Positions 21,192 to 34,615 are shown, counted from the stretch's first letter. The stretch is DNA of 64,000 nt from an uncultured Gemmatimonadales bacterium (GCA_963730185.1 CAVSQW010000015.1:32001-96000); one strand, 5' to 3'. The notes: generated by a model not told the origin, from the letters alone. Numbers and translations are program-made.

Positions 21192-21707
21192 ATGCCCCGT
21201 CGCCCGCTCGATCCCACCCGTGGCGTGCTGGAAATCGACTGGCCGCTGTTCGGCGAGCTCTGTCGCGCCCTGGCCGTGAAGGTCGCCCACGAGTACGACC
21301 CCGAGATCGTGGTCGGGATCGCCAAGGCGGGAGTGATTCCCGGGGCCGTGATCGCGTCCATCCTCCAGCGCGAATTCGTCTCGATGAGCGTCACCCGCCC
21401 GAAGCCCGGCGAGCCGCCGGTGCTGGTCAGCGGGCCGCCGGCGAGCGTGGCTGGGCGGCGGGTGCTGCTGGTGGACGAGACCTGCGACACCGGACACACC
21501 ATGAAGCTCGCCCTCAACGAGGTTCGGGCGGTGGGACCGGCCGAAGTCCGGACGGCGGTCTCGTTCCGGACTGGCGGGTTCAATCCCGACTTCTATTCGT
21601 TCTCGACCGAGAAGGCCATCATCCTGCCCTGGGATCGGGAAGAGATCCGGGACGGCGAGCTGGTCCCGCGCAGCGACTGGACTCCGGGCGGCGCTTCCCC
21701 GGAATGA
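21192..21707 (+). CDS. Phosphoribosyltransferase family protein
   Basis: VVGIAKAG, PRPP-binding VLLVDETCDTGHT, C-terminal ILPW. Confidence 0.85.
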   Translation: MPRRPLDPTRGVLEIDWPLFGELCRALAVKVAHEYDPEIVVGIAKAGVIPGAVIASILQREFVSMSVTRPKPGEPPVLVSGPPASVAGRRVLLVDETCDTGHTMKLALNEVRAVGPAEVRTAVSFRTGGFNPDFYSFSTEKAIILPWDREEIRDGELVPRSDWTPGGASPE

Positions 21708-23074
21708 TGCGGGAGCGGCTGCAGGACGCCCTGGGCGCCATCAAGGACGCCTACGTCGAAATCAGGCTTCGCCGCCGCTGGACCACCACGGTGGTGTTCC
21801 GGCGCCAGCGGCCCGAGGTCGCCGCCGAGTCCGACCTGGCCGGCGGTGTGGTCCGCTGCCTGGTGCCTGGATTCGGATGGGGGGCCGTGGCCTTCACCGA
21901 CGTGGACCGGGCCGCCCGGGCGGTCGAGCGGGCCCGCGAGCTCTCCCGCGAGCTCCGGCCCGAAGTGCCGATCGCGTTGGCGCCGATTCCGATCCGGCAG
22001 GTGGAACAGGCCGATCCCCTCCTCGACGATCCCCGGGTCATCCCCCTCGACGAAAAGCGGAAGTTCCTCGAACATCACACCGGCCTTCTCCTCGGCGCCG
22101 ATCGCCGGGTGGTCGATTCCCGCACGACGTTCACCGACACGGTCCACGAGACCTGGCTGGCCACCAGCGAGGGCGCCTGGCTCCATGAGCTCAAGGCCGA
22201 CGCGGCGCTCGGGGCCCTGGCGGTCGCGAGCGAGGGCGGCGCCACCGAGCGGGCGGTGGATTCGGTGGCGCTCCGGGGCGGATGGGCCGCCATCCGGGAG
22301 CACGGCACCCTCTTTCCCGCCGTGGCGGAGCGGGCCGTGCAGCGGCTCCATGCCGCGCCGGTCAAGCCCGGTCGGTATCCGGTGGTGCTCGACAACCGGT
22401 CCACCGGGGCGCTGGTGCTCCAGAGCCTGACCGACCACTGCCGGGCGGCGCCCCGAGGCCAGGAGCGCGACGTGTTCGCGGTGGGCGCCCGGATCGGCCC
22501 GGAGTGCCTCTCGATCGGCGACGATCCCACCGCCGCCGGGCTCCGGACCAGTCTGGCCCTCGACGACGAGGGTACCCCGGTGTCCAACACCTTGCTGGTG
22601 CAGCACGGCGTCGTGGTGGGGCACCTTCATACTCGGGAAACCGCCGCCCGCGATCAGGCCGCGCCGACCGGCCACGCGCTGGCGCCGGCGCTCCGGGCCG
22701 TGCCCGGCGCCCGGCCCACCAACACCTACCTGGCTCGGGGGCAGGGCTCCGCCGCCGACCTGATCGGGAGCGTCTCCGAGGGTCTTTACCTCTCCGACGT
22801 GCTCTCGATCGGTTCGGAGGGGCGCCGGGTTACCCTGGTCCCGGGTTTTGCCAGGATGGTCCGGCGGGGCGAGCTGGCCGAGGCGGTCAAGTGCCCCGCC
22901 ATCACGAGCGACCTGTACTCGCTCTTCGGACGGCTGGAGGCCGTCGCCGAGGACTTCGCCTGGGATCAGTCGGCGTCGCAACTCCACGAGACCCATCTGC
23001 CGACCCGCGCCGTCACCACCGGCGCCGCCCATACGCGCTTCGTCGACATCGACGTCGGCGCGATGTACGCATGA
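21704..23074 (+). CDS. TldD-like protein (metal-binding motif degenerate)
   Basis: GRYPVVLD, SIGDDPT, DDEGTP, GHLHTRETA, TGHA...PTNTYL; the HExxxH position reads LQSLTDH. Confidence 0.8.
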   Translation: MMRERLQDALGAIKDAYVEIRLRRRWTTTVVFRRQRPEVAAESDLAGGVVRCLVPGFGWGAVAFTDVDRAARAVERARELSRELRPEVPIALAPIPIRQVEQADPLLDDPRVIPLDEKRKFLEHHTGLLLGADRRVVDSRTTFTDTVHETWLATSEGAWLHELKADAALGALAVASEGGATERAVDSVALRGGWAAIREHGTLFPAVAERAVQRLHAAPVKPGRYPVVLDNRSTGALVLQSLTDHCRAAPRGQERDVFAVGARIGPECLSIGDDPTAAGLRTSLALDDEGTPVSNTLLVQHGVVVGHLHTRETAARDQAAPTGHALAPALRAVPGARPTNTYLARGQGSAADLIGSVSEGLYLSDVLSIGSEGRRVTLVPGFARMVRRGELAEAVKCPAITSDLYSLFGRLEAVAEDFAWDQSASQLHETHLPTRAVTTGAAHTRFVDIDVGAMYA

Positions 23075-24348
23075 TCGACGCGCTCACCGAGGCGCTCTCC
23101 CGAACCGTCACCGCCGCCGACCTCGTCGCGAAGACCGACGCCACCCTGAGCGTGACCGTCGACGCCTGGGGCGACGTGGCGATCACGTCCGACGACTCGT
23201 CCGGCGTCCATGTCCGGGTGCTCCAGCACGGCCGGGTTGGCCGGGCCGGCGGGCTCGAGGCCGATGCCCCGGCCGTGGTCGAGGCCGCGCTCCGCTCGGC
23301 CAGGGGCGGCCCGGCCTTGGAGCTCATGCTCCCGGTCGCCTCGCCGCTCGCGCCGGTGGTCACCGAGGCGCCGGCCGCCGCGAGCGCCGGCAGCGAGGCC
23401 CTGTTGGCCCTGGCGCGCACCCTGGCGGACCGGCTCCGCCGGCCGGGCCGCCGGCTCGACGTCTGGGCCGAGCGATCGGCCGGCGAGGTGCGGATCGCGA
23501 ACACCCGCGGGGTCACCGCCGCCTATCGCACCACGGTCGCCGGCGCGGGCGTGACCGTGCGGGTGCCGGGGACGGACTTCGACGCGCCCTTCCGGGCCTG
23601 GGTGTCCGGATCCGACCTCCCGGCGTTGCCGGAGATCGACGCCCTGGCGGCCGAGGTCGACTGGTGGACCGGCCTCCCCGCCGTCGAGGAGACGCCGCCG
23701 GGTTCCCGCCATCGGGCCTGGTTCCACCCCCGGGCCGTCCGCACCCTGCTCCAGCCGCTCCTCCAGCGACTCACCGGCGAGACCTGGGTGGATCGGCGGC
23801 GCGACCCCTCGGCGCTCGACCCCCGGCTCACCGTGATCGACGACCCGCTGGCGCCCGGCCGGCCGGGCAGCCGGCCGATCTCCGACGATGGGGTCGTGAC
23901 CCGGCGACTGATCCTGGTGGACCGGGGCGGCCCGGTGCAGGGGATCGTGGATCTCGAGACCGGGGCCCGCTTCGGGGTGCCGGCGACCGGGCACGGAGTC
24001 CGGCGGATGCTGGGCGCCCCGCGGGCCGGGTTCTCGAACCTGATCGTCCTGCCGGGCGACGTGCCCACCGGGAGGCTCGCCGGTCTGGTCGGCGAAGGCC
24101 TGGTAGTCCTGGCGCTCGATTGGGGGCCGGCGCCGAACCCGGGGTCCGGTCTCTTCCGGGCCCGCGCCCCCTGGACCTTCCTGGTCCGGGGCGGTGAGAT
24201 CGTCGGTCGGTTGGAGGGGGTGGTGCTGGCCGGCAATGCCGACGAGCTCCTGGCGGAGGTCGTGGCGGTCGGGGCCGACGCGCCCTGGGACGGGGCGGCC
24301 TCGCTCCCGTCGCTGGTGGTGGAGGGAGTGCTTCTGGAGGAGCGTTAG
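23071..24348 (+). CDS. TldE/PmbA-like protein
   Basis: IANTRG, LTVIDDP, DDGV, TGHG, FSNLIVLPG; ATGA overlap with the TldD-like gene. Confidence 0.78.
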   Translation: MIDALTEALSRTVTAADLVAKTDATLSVTVDAWGDVAITSDDSSGVHVRVLQHGRVGRAGGLEADAPAVVEAALRSARGGPALELMLPVASPLAPVVTEAPAAASAGSEALLALARTLADRLRRPGRRLDVWAERSAGEVRIANTRGVTAAYRTTVAGAGVTVRVPGTDFDAPFRAWVSGSDLPALPEIDALAAEVDWWTGLPAVEETPPGSRHRAWFHPRAVRTLLQPLLQRLTGETWVDRRRDPSALDPRLTVIDDPLAPGRPGSRPISDDGVVTRRLILVDRGGPVQGIVDLETGARFGVPATGHGVRRMLGAPRAGFSNLIVLPGDVPTGRLAGLVGEGLVVLALDWGPAPNPGSGLFRARAPWTFLVRGGEIVGRLEGVVLAGNADELLAEVVAVGADAPWDGAASLPSLVVEGVLLEER

Positions 24349-24899
24349 GCGCGGAGCCGGTCCAGCAGCTCGGCGTAGCCCGCGCCCCCGCCCATCCCCT
24401 CGTAGAGCCAGGTCAGGATCTCGGGACTCCCCACCAGGAACCGGCACTGGGCGTCGCCGTGGCTCCGGCACTCCACTTCCATCACCGCCGCCGGGCGGCC
24501 GCCCAGCCGGGTGCAGAAATCCGAGAGCAATCCCGAGCTGAAATGGCAGGACGGGTAGGGCGCTTCCCAGGGGCTCGCCTCGGCCCAGTCGGGGCTGTCG
24601 ATGGCCAGCACCCCCGGGGCGATCTTGTCGGTCGTGACCGTGCCCCAGCCCTCTTCCCGGAAGAATCCCGCCAGGGCGTCGCCCAGGAACCGGGCGTCGA
24701 GCCCCTGCGGCGTCTCGACCCCGTAGCGGGCGGTCACCGACTCGACGAACCCCTCGTAGGCGGCCTCGCCGGCTGCGAAGCCGATCTCCCGGAGGAGGGT
24801 GGCGGACTGTTCGGGCAGCTCGCGCTCGAGCACCTGGGCGAGCTGCTCCAGGGTCGCCCGACCGAGGGCGAGACGGGGCACGGAGATGGCGCTAGGCAT
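24345..24899 (-). CDS. V4R domain protein
   Basis: GWG, SCHFSSG, EVECRSHGDAQCRF V4R signature. Confidence 0.85.
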   Translation of the reverse strand: MPSAISVPRLALGRATLEQLAQVLERELPEQSATLLREIGFAAGEAAYEGFVESVTARYGVETPQGLDARFLGDALAGFFREEGWGTVTTDKIAPGVLAIDSPDWAEASPWEAPYPSCHFSSGLLSDFCTRLGGRPAAVMEVECRSHGDAQCRFLVGSPEILTWLYEGMGGGAGYAELLDRLRA

Positions 24900-24909
24900 G
24901 GGAACGAAG

Positions 24910-27713
<2,804 letters not shown>

Positions 27714-27749
27714 AGGAAGCCAAAAATGCCTCCCGATGGGGGCCAGGGA

Positions 27750-27912
27750 AAGGGGGGAGGGTAGGGATTAGGGAGGGAGTAGGGAGTAGGGTAGGGGGTA
27801 GCGAGTAGTCGCCCCCGCTGCCAACCGCTCGTTCCTGATCCCTGCCACTCCCTGGGCCTCCTCACGCCCTCGTCGCTCCCTGCTCCCTACTCCCACCCTA
27901 CTCACGACTCCC
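27750..27912. repeat. G-rich/C-rich imperfect inverted short-repeat tract
   Basis: GGGAGGGTAGGGATTAGGGAGGGAGTAGGGAGTAGGGTAGGGGG followed by CTCCCTGCTCCCTACTCCCACCCTACTC. Confidence 0.6.
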
Positions 27913-28113
27913 TCGCTAATGCCCCTCTCATGACGCGCTGACAATCCACCCAGCTCACGGTGTTGGCGTGATGGTTCTCGGGGTCCTCACCCCGCCGGTG
28001 ATCGCGTCCGGGGAATGAGCTCCGGTGCCAGCGAGCCTAACGATCTATGCCGAATTCATGAGGTAGTGACGGATGACTGGTCACAACCTCCGTCCCTGCT
28101 TAGACTTCAGGGC

Positions 28114-28401
28114 ATGAGTCACCACGACGACGAGCTCGAAGACGACGAGCTCGAGGACGACGAGGTCCTCGATGAGGACCACGACGTGAGTTCCGGGCGG
28201 GCCGGGGGGTTCGCGGCGGGGTTGGTGCTCGGGCTGATGGTGGGCGCCGGCGCGGCCATTCTGTTCGCGCCGACTTCCGGCGAGGAGACCCGCCGCCGGC
28301 TCCGGCGACAGCTGCGCCGGACCCGGGACAAGCTCGGCGACGACGTCTACGACCTCCGCCGGAAGGTGCGCCGGCGGATCCGCCGGCACACCGAGAGCTA
28401 G
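28114..28401 (+). CDS. YtxH domain protein
   Basis: GLVLGLMVGAGAAILFAPTSGEETRRRL; acidic N-terminus. Confidence 0.85.
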   Translation: MSHHDDELEDDELEDDEVLDEDHDVSSGRAGGFAAGLVLGLMVGAGAAILFAPTSGEETRRRLRRQLRRTRDKLGDDVYDLRRKVRRRIRRHTES

Positions 28402-29120
28402 GCCGGCCCCGGGGCGGTCCAGGCCGCCGTCTCGAACTCGTAACCCGAGAGCTCTCCCAGGAGCCGCTCCCGGCTCCACCGGACCCGCTCGCGGGTTACC
28501 CCGAGAAACCAGGTTTCCTGCGCCAGCGGCTCCGCGACCTGAAACGCGGTCGGCGTGAGCACCGCGCCGCAGCCGCCGTGTTCCGGATCGCGCACCGACT
28601 GGTATCGAATCACCGCGATGCCGGCCGCTCGGGCTTCACCCGCCAGGATCTGACACGCCCCATAGTCGACCGGATCCGTCCACTGTGCCTTCCGGCCGGC
28701 CAGCCGGCCGGTTCGGAGATCGATGCCCGTCCCGGCCACCGCCACCTGAAAGACGGTCTGCGCCGCCGGCTCCAACCGCTCGACCGCGGGGCTGTCCACC
28801 AGGAAACGCCAGCGCCAATAGCCAAGCTCGGCGCAGGCGGTCCGAATCTCGTCGGCACCGTAGAAGACGCCGGGATCGGTGGGGCGGCGGAAGCGGGAGC
28901 CATAGGGTGGCGGTGGGTAGCGGAACGGCGTGAAGAGGAGGTAGTGGAGGCCCCGCGCCGCGGACGGCACCGGCGGCTTGCCGGCTTCGATCAGCTGCTC
29001 CAGGAGCAGCTGCTCCTCTCGGGTGTCGACCAGGGCCATGGTCGACACCACATGCTGGGCCTCGACCGCGCGCCAGAGCCGGAGCCGGACCGGCCCCGAC
29101 TCAAACCCGGCCGCGGGCAT
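28398..29120 (-). CDS. RES domain toxin (NAD+ phosphorylase family)
   Basis: WRAVEAQ, TPFRY, GSRF, GVFYG...AELGYW, YQSVRD. Confidence 0.88.
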   Translation of the reverse strand: MPAAGFESGPVRLRLWRAVEAQHVVSTMALVDTREEQLLLEQLIEAGKPPVPSAARGLHYLLFTPFRYPPPPYGSRFRRPTDPGVFYGADEIRTACAELGYWRWRFLVDSPAVERLEPAAQTVFQVAVAGTGIDLRTGRLAGRKAQWTDPVDYGACQILAGEARAAGIAVIRYQSVRDPEHGGCGAVLTPTAFQVAEPLAQETWFLGVTRERVRWSRERLLGELSGYEFETAAWTAPGPA

Positions 29121-29478
29121 GGTCCAGGTACTGCACCACCCGGACCAACCCCTCGGCGCTCCGGATCAGGTCGAGCGGGGCGGCGCCTAACGCCTGGTTC
29201 GCGCCCCGGAGCCAGGCCCGGGCCTCGGGGCCGTGGCCGGCCACCGCGTCGAGCGATCGGAAGAGCCGGAGGAAGAGCAGGGCCAGCTCCCACTCCTTGG
29301 CCCGTTTCGGGTCGAGCAGGTAGGCGCCGGAGAAGAGCCGCGACACGGTGGCCCGACTCAGGCCCAGCACGTCGGCCAGGGTGGCCTGGGTGAGGTCAAG
29401 GAGGCCGGCGGCCCGCTGGACCGCCTTGGTGACGGTGGGGCCAGGAATGGGCTGGAGATCGAGCGCCAGGTTGGTCAT
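29101..29478 (-). CDS. Xre/MbcA/ParS-type antitoxin
   Basis: N-terminal HTH (QATLADVLGLSRATVSR), C-terminal ARAWLRGAN..LG..PLDLI...YLD; overlaps the RES gene. Confidence 0.88.
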   Translation of the reverse strand: MTNLALDLQPIPGPTVTKAVQRAAGLLDLTQATLADVLGLSRATVSRLFSGAYLLDPKRAKEWELALLFLRLFRSLDAVAGHGPEARAWLRGANQALGAAPLDLIRSAEGLVRVVQYLDHARGRV

Positions 29479-29491
29479 GATGTAGCCTCCA

Positions 29492-29522
29492 CAGCAACAA
29501 TAACACTATGTTATTGCTGCTG
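29492..29522. promoter_or_regulatory. Inverted-repeat operator upstream of Xre-RES
   Basis: CAGCAACAATAACA-CTA-TGTTATTGCTGCTG (14-bp arms, 1 mismatch), 14 bp upstream of the antitoxin start. Confidence 0.65.
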
Positions 29523-29565
29523 CAATACTGGAGGCGTGCCGAAAATGACTCCGGACGGACCGGCC

Positions 29566-30356
29566 CTACTTCTCGGATTTGTCCCGCTTGTCCGCGATCC
29601 GGAGCTTCAGTTCCACCGCCTCCAGTCGGTAGCGGGGGTCGTCCGGGAACTGGTTGGGCAGGGAGTCGATCGCCCGGAGCTGGGCCCGGGCCGCATCGTA
29701 GCGCTTCCGGTCCACGTAGACCCGGGCCAGGTCGAGCCGGTGGTAGAGTCGGCTCGGGTCCAGGGCCACCGCCCGCTCCAGGTGAACCAGGGCCGAGTCC
29801 CACTTGGCCTTGCCCAGCACCTTCGCCCCGAGGATGTTCTTCGCCATGAAGCGGTTGAACCCGGAGATCCGCATCACCTCGGCGTTCCAGAGGCCGAGGA
29901 CGTGATGGGCGCCGTCGTGGTCGGGGGCGATGGTGAGGGCGCGGACCGCCGCGTCGTGGATCTCGACGGCGTACTCGAGTCGCTGGCGCTGGCCCTTGGT
30001 CAGGGCGGCCCGGCCCAGCGCCATCGAGAGGGCGAACCAGCCGTCGGCCTGGGTGGAATCCACCCGGACGGCTCGGCGCGCCATCCGGACCGCGCCGGCA
30101 TAGAGCGAATCCCGCTCGGCGCTCTTGACCGAGTCGGGCGTTTCCTTCCCCCACTCGACCGCGGCGACGGCGCCGCGCCAGTTGGCCTCGTAGTCGAGCG
30201 AATCGATGGCCAGGGCCCGCTCGAAGTAGCGATAGGCCTGGTCGGGGTAACGCCGCGAGATGGCTCGGCCATGGGCCACCAGCTCGAAGAGTCCCTGGGC
30301 TCGGGCGGGGGTGGGAACGGCGAGGGTGGCCAGCAAAAGGGCGAGCGGACCGACAT
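29566..30356 (-). CDS. Secreted TPR-like protein (start uncertain)
   Basis: Signal peptide LALLLATLAVPTPARAQ and TPR helices. The nearest ATG (30356) is one base out of frame, so an indel is possible. Confidence 0.7.
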
Positions 30357-30393
30357 ATCCATATATAATATACGACAGGTGCGACGAGCCATC

Positions 30394-31764
30394 ATGCCAG
30401 GGAATAAATTGGAGACCTCGGGACAAGGGAAGCCGCTCAATGTCCCTCGCCTGATCGAGCGGAAGCGAAACGGCCAGAGCCTGACCGCCGAAGAGTGGGC
30501 GGCCCTGATCGGGGCCTACGTGGACGACCGGGTGCCCGACTATCAGATGTCGGCCCTGGCGATGGCCATCGTCTTCCAGGGCCTCGCGCCCGACGAGCTG
30601 GTGGCACTGACCCGGGCCATGCTCGAGTCGGGTGACCGATTCGATCTGGCCGGCTGGCCGGCGCCCCGGGTGGACAAGCACTCGATCGGCGGGGTGGGCG
30701 ACAAGACCTCGTTGCTCCTGGCGCCGATGCTGGCGGAGCTGGGCGTGGCGGTGCCGATGATCTCGGGCCGCGGGCCTGGGCCACACCGGCGGCACGCTCG
30801 ACAAGCTGGAGTCGATCCCCGGTTTCCGGACCGGCCTCTCGCTTCGGGAGGCCCGGGCCCAGCTGGAGCGGATCGGCGCGGTGATGCTGGGCCAGACGCC
30901 CGAGCTGGTGCCCGCCGACCGGAAGCTCTACGCCCTTCGTGACGTGACCGGGACGGTCGAGTCGATCCCGCTCATTTCCGCCAGCATCATGTCGAAGAAG
31001 CTGGCCGAGAGCTGACCGGCCTGGTGCTCGACATCAAGACCGGGAGCGGCGCCTTCATCACCGATCCGGCACAGTCGCTGGCGCTGGCCCGGACCATGAT
31101 CGATCTGGGCGAGGCGAGCGGCTGCCGGACCGTGGCGCTGCTGACGGCCATGGACCGGCCGTTAGGCATCGCTTGCGGGAACGCGCTGGAGGTGCGCGAG
31201 GCGATCGCCGGACTCCGAGGCCAAGGCCCGGACGACCTGATGGAGGTGACGTTCGCCCTGGCTACCGAGATGCTGGTGGTCTCGGGGTTGGAGCGGAATC
31301 GGGCGCTGGCCCGTACCAAGGTCGAGGAGGTGGTGCATTCGGGGCGGGCGCTCGAGCGGTTCCGGGTGCTGGTCGCGGCGCAGGGGGGAGATCCCGGCGT
31401 GATCGACGATCCGGGCCGCCTGCCGACCGCGCCGCTCGTGGAGCCCTACCTGGCCGACTTGGCGGGGTGGGTCCAGCAGGTCGAGCCTCGCGCGGTGGGC
31501 CACGCAATCATCGAGCTGGGCGGCGGCCGGCGGCAGACCAGCGACCGGATCGATCCCGCCGTGGGCTTCCTGATCGCGGCCAAGCCGGGGCAGGCGGTGG
31601 TGCGGGGGGAGGTGCTGGCCGAGATCCATGCGGCGCGCGAGGCCGACCTAGCGGCGGCGCGGCTGGCGTTGGGGCGGGCGATTCGGGTCGGAGCGGAGCC
31701 GCCGGTGGTGCCGCCGCTCGTGTCGCACCGGGTTACCAAGGCTGGGATCGACGGGGTGGGTTGA
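30394..31764 (+). CDS. pdp: Pyrimidine-nucleoside/thymidine phosphorylase with compensating +1/-1 indels
   Basis: [28 protein letters not shown](L)[33 protein letters not shown]; frame breaks near 30775 and 31010. Confidence 0.9.
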
Positions 31765-31812
31765 GGTGTCCTGGTCTGGGTCAGGCGACGGGGCGGGATT
31801 GAGCAACTGACT

Positions 31813-31836
31813 AACCGCAGAGAGCGCGGAGGGCGC
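31813..31836. repeat. ACCGCAGAG-type intergenic repeat
   Basis: AACCGCAGAGAGCGCGGAGGGCGC; related copies at 33191, 35559, 36420, 36553 and 51749. Confidence 0.6.
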
Positions 31837-32344
31837 CGGAAGTGGTCGGCTTCGGGGCCGCCGTCCGTCGAGGCAGGAGGCACGTGGCGCCTGGGCCGTC
31901 CAGGAGGCGGCAACCGGTCGCACTTCCACTGGGCGAATCTCGATCGGGAAGGGCTCTCGCGGCTGGCTTGCGCCTTGCGCCTGGAGCCTCCGGCTTCTCC
32001 CCGGGGCGGGCGGCGAACTCCTTGTGGGGGCACCGCTTAGCGACGGGGATGGCCGAAGGCCAGACAGCGACCCCGCTGTCGCAAACCGCGAGGGTGCCGG
32101 CCGGAGGACGTTAGGCGGATGCCGACGTCTGCACGGCGCGAGCGCAAGGAGTGGCAGTCACGTGGGAGATGCAGCCAGGACCGTCGTGGCCGATCGGGCC
32201 TCGGGGTGGTACGAAGCGGCGAGTGAGACCGCCGGACGGTCGGCGGGGGATGCCGAACCGACCAAGCCGCCTCGGCCGTCGGGCAAGGCGGCCCGGCCCT
32301 CGGGGCGGAGCCCTCGGCCGCTCGAGGCCCGGGCGTTCGCCACC

Positions 32345-33130
32345 GTGCACCACATCCTGGTCCAGCTCTGCGACGCGGGGATGCGGCCTCGGTTCGCCGA
32401 GACCTGCAAGGCGTTCGGCGACATCGTCTGGTGCGACGACCTCGACGAGCTGGTCGTCCGCTCCGCGGCCCGCGAGGCGCTGGCGGTCGTGGTCGACGTC
32501 GGCGACCGGCTCGGGATGCCGAGCACCCGGTCGATCGTGGCGATGCGGAAGCGGCGGGCCGATCTCCCGATCATTCTCTGGTGCGACCGGACGGCGCTGA
32601 TGACCGGCGACGTCGACGGCCTCTTGGGCGCGGGGGTGACGGCGGTGGTGTTCCGGGACGAGACCGACGTCGAGCAGCGACTGATGAGCGCCCTCACCCG
32701 TGCCACTGACGTCGCCTTTCATCAGCTCACCGATCAGGCGCTCTCACGCCGGGTGCCGAGTCCGTTGATTCCCGTGTTTCGGATGTGCCTGGACCGGGCC
32801 GGCGCGGTTCCGAAGACCAGTGTCATCGCGGCCTCGGTCGGGCTGACGCCGCGCCAGCTGGCGGCGCATCTCCGTCGGGCGGGGATGCCGCCGGTGCGGG
32901 AGATCGCCCGCTGGGCCCGGCTGCTTACGGCCTCGTACCGGTTGGAGCAGACCACGGAGCCGGTGGTAGTGATCGCTCATTCGGTGGGGTTCGTGTCGGC
33001 CTCGTACCTGAGCCGCCTGCTCAAGCGGTACGCCAACGAGACGCCCGACGGGGTGCGCGAGCCGGGCGGGTTTGGCTGGGTGCTCCGGTGCTTCGAGCGG
33101 TATCTGGTCAAGCGGAAACAGAGCCGCTGA
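32345..33130 (+). CDS. AraC-family transcriptional regulator
   Basis: Two C-terminal HTHs (IAASVGLTPRQL; IAHSVGFVSASYLSRLLKRY..ETP); receiver-like N-terminus. Start uncertain. Confidence 0.8.
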   Translation: MHHILVQLCDAGMRPRFAETCKAFGDIVWCDDLDELVVRSAAREALAVVVDVGDRLGMPSTRSIVAMRKRRADLPIILWCDRTALMTGDVDGLLGAGVTAVVFRDETDVEQRLMSALTRATDVAFHQLTDQALSRRVPSPLIPVFRMCLDRAGAVPKTSVIAASVGLTPRQLAAHLRRAGMPPVREIARWARLLTASYRLEQTTEPVVVIAHSVGFVSASYLSRLLKRYANETPDGVREPGGFGWVLRCFERYLVKRKQSR

Positions 33131-33190
33131 CGGGTGGGGATCCTGCCGGGTGGCGACGGTCGTGGGGACAGGCGTCGGCAACAACTGATT

Positions 33191-33215
33191 CACCGCAGAG
33201 GACGCGGAGAGCGCG
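33191..33215. repeat. ACCGCAGAG-type intergenic repeat
   Basis: CACCGCAGAGGACGCGGAGAGCGCG preceded by CAACTGATT. Confidence 0.6.
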
Positions 33216-33312
33216 AAGGGAGTAGGACAGGACTGAAGGCAGCAGCCGCTCCTCCCTTGCCCGCCATCTGATCTCCCCCTAACCTCCAGATGTCGCTGTC
33301 TTGGGGGGGCTC

Positions 33313-34554
33313 ATGCGTGCTCGTCGATGGTTGCTGGTCGGAGTGATGGGGGTGGGGGCTTGCGGGTCGGGGTCGGGAACGGGGCCCACGGAGCCATTGC
33401 TGGACCAGCTGCCTCGGCCGCTGTCGGGGGCGGAGGTGCAGGTCGCCGACGCGGGCAACGCCTTCACCTTCGATCTCTTCCGGCAGGCCACCGCCAACCT
33501 CTCGCCCGACGCCAACGTCATCCTCTCGCCCTTCAGCGCCTCGATGGCGCTCGGGATGGCGCTGAACGGTGCCCAGGGTGAGACGTTCGACGCCATGCGG
33601 CAGACGCTGGGCTTCGGATCGGCCACGCTGCCCGAGATCGACCAGGGGTACCACGACCTGACCACCTTGCTGCTCGGGCTCGATCAGGCGACCCAGATGG
33701 ACATCGCCAACTCGATCTGGATCCGGCAGGGCTTCCCCGTCAAGGCGTCGTTCACCGACCTGGGCCGGACCTATTTCGACGCCGAGGTGCAGTCGCTCGA
33801 CTTCGCGAGCGCGGCGGCGCTTCCGACCATCAACGGGTGGGTGAGCGCCAAGACCAACGGGCGGATCCCGTCACTCCTCGATCACCTCGAGGACAACGAG
33901 GTTCTCTTCCTGATCAACGCGGTCTACTTCAAGGGGCGGTGGCGGCTCCAGTTCGACCCGGCCCAGACCCGGGACGAGCCGTTCCACGGGGCCGATGGCC
34001 AGGACCGCTCGGTGCCGATGATGCACCTGACCGGGGCGCCGATCCGGGTGTACGCCACGTCGAGCTACCAGGCGGCGGACCTGCTCTACGGCAACGGCGC
34101 CTTCACGATGACGGTCCTGCTCCCGGCCGAGGGGACCACGCCGACCGCGGTGCTCGCGGCGTTGGGGCCGGCGGAGTGGCGGGCGCTGACCGAGGGATTC
34201 GCGGAGCACGAAGTGCCGCTCTCGCTGCCGAGGTTCACGCTCGACTACGAGCGCTCGCTGAAGCCGGACCTGGACGCGCTGCGGATGGGGGTCGCGTTCG
34301 ACCCCAACCAGGCGGATTTCGGGGGGATCGCCGAGGTGGCGCCCGACCGACTCTTTCTCACTCACGTCAAGCAGAAGGTGTTCGTGCAGGTCAACGAGGA
34401 GGGCACCGAAGCCGCCGCGGCCACGGCGGTCGGCGTGGGAGTCACCTCGGCACCGGTCCCGATGGTGGTGGACCGCCCGTTCCTGTTCGTGATCCGGGAG
34501 CGGTTCTCGGGGACGATCCTCTTCATCGGGCAGGTGAACCGGCTGGGCACGTAG
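33313..34554 (+). CDS. Serpin family lipoprotein
   Basis: Lipobox-like VGAC; NVILSPFS, NAVYFKGRW, hinge EEGTEAAAATAV, DRPFLFVIRE..SGTILFIG. Confidence 0.93.
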   Translation: MRARRWLLVGVMGVGACGSGSGTGPTEPLLDQLPRPLSGAEVQVADAGNAFTFDLFRQATANLSPDANVILSPFSASMALGMALNGAQGETFDAMRQTLGFGSATLPEIDQGYHDLTTLLLGLDQATQMDIANSIWIRQGFPVKASFTDLGRTYFDAEVQSLDFASAAALPTINGWVSAKTNGRIPSLLDHLEDNEVLFLINAVYFKGRWRLQFDPAQTRDEPFHGADGQDRSVPMMHLTGAPIRVYATSSYQAADLLYGNGAFTMTVLLPAEGTTPTAVLAALGPAEWRALTEGFAEHEVPLSLPRFTLDYERSLKPDLDALRMGVAFDPNQADFGGIAEVAPDRLFLTHVKQKVFVQVNEEGTEAAAATAVGVGVTSAPVPMVVDRPFLFVIRERFSGTILFIGQVNRLGT

Positions 34555-34615
34555 CCCGGCGGCCGGCGGAGGCTGAGTCGGTCGTCATGCTGCGGAAACA
34601 GGAACTTGGCCCGCT

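Noticed and set aside
31840..32340. Cobalamin or c-di-GMP riboswitch in the long gap before the AraC gene
   Set aside because: Only isolated fragments (CCACTG...GGGAAGG; GCAAACC) without the other conserved elements; an Rfam search would be needed.
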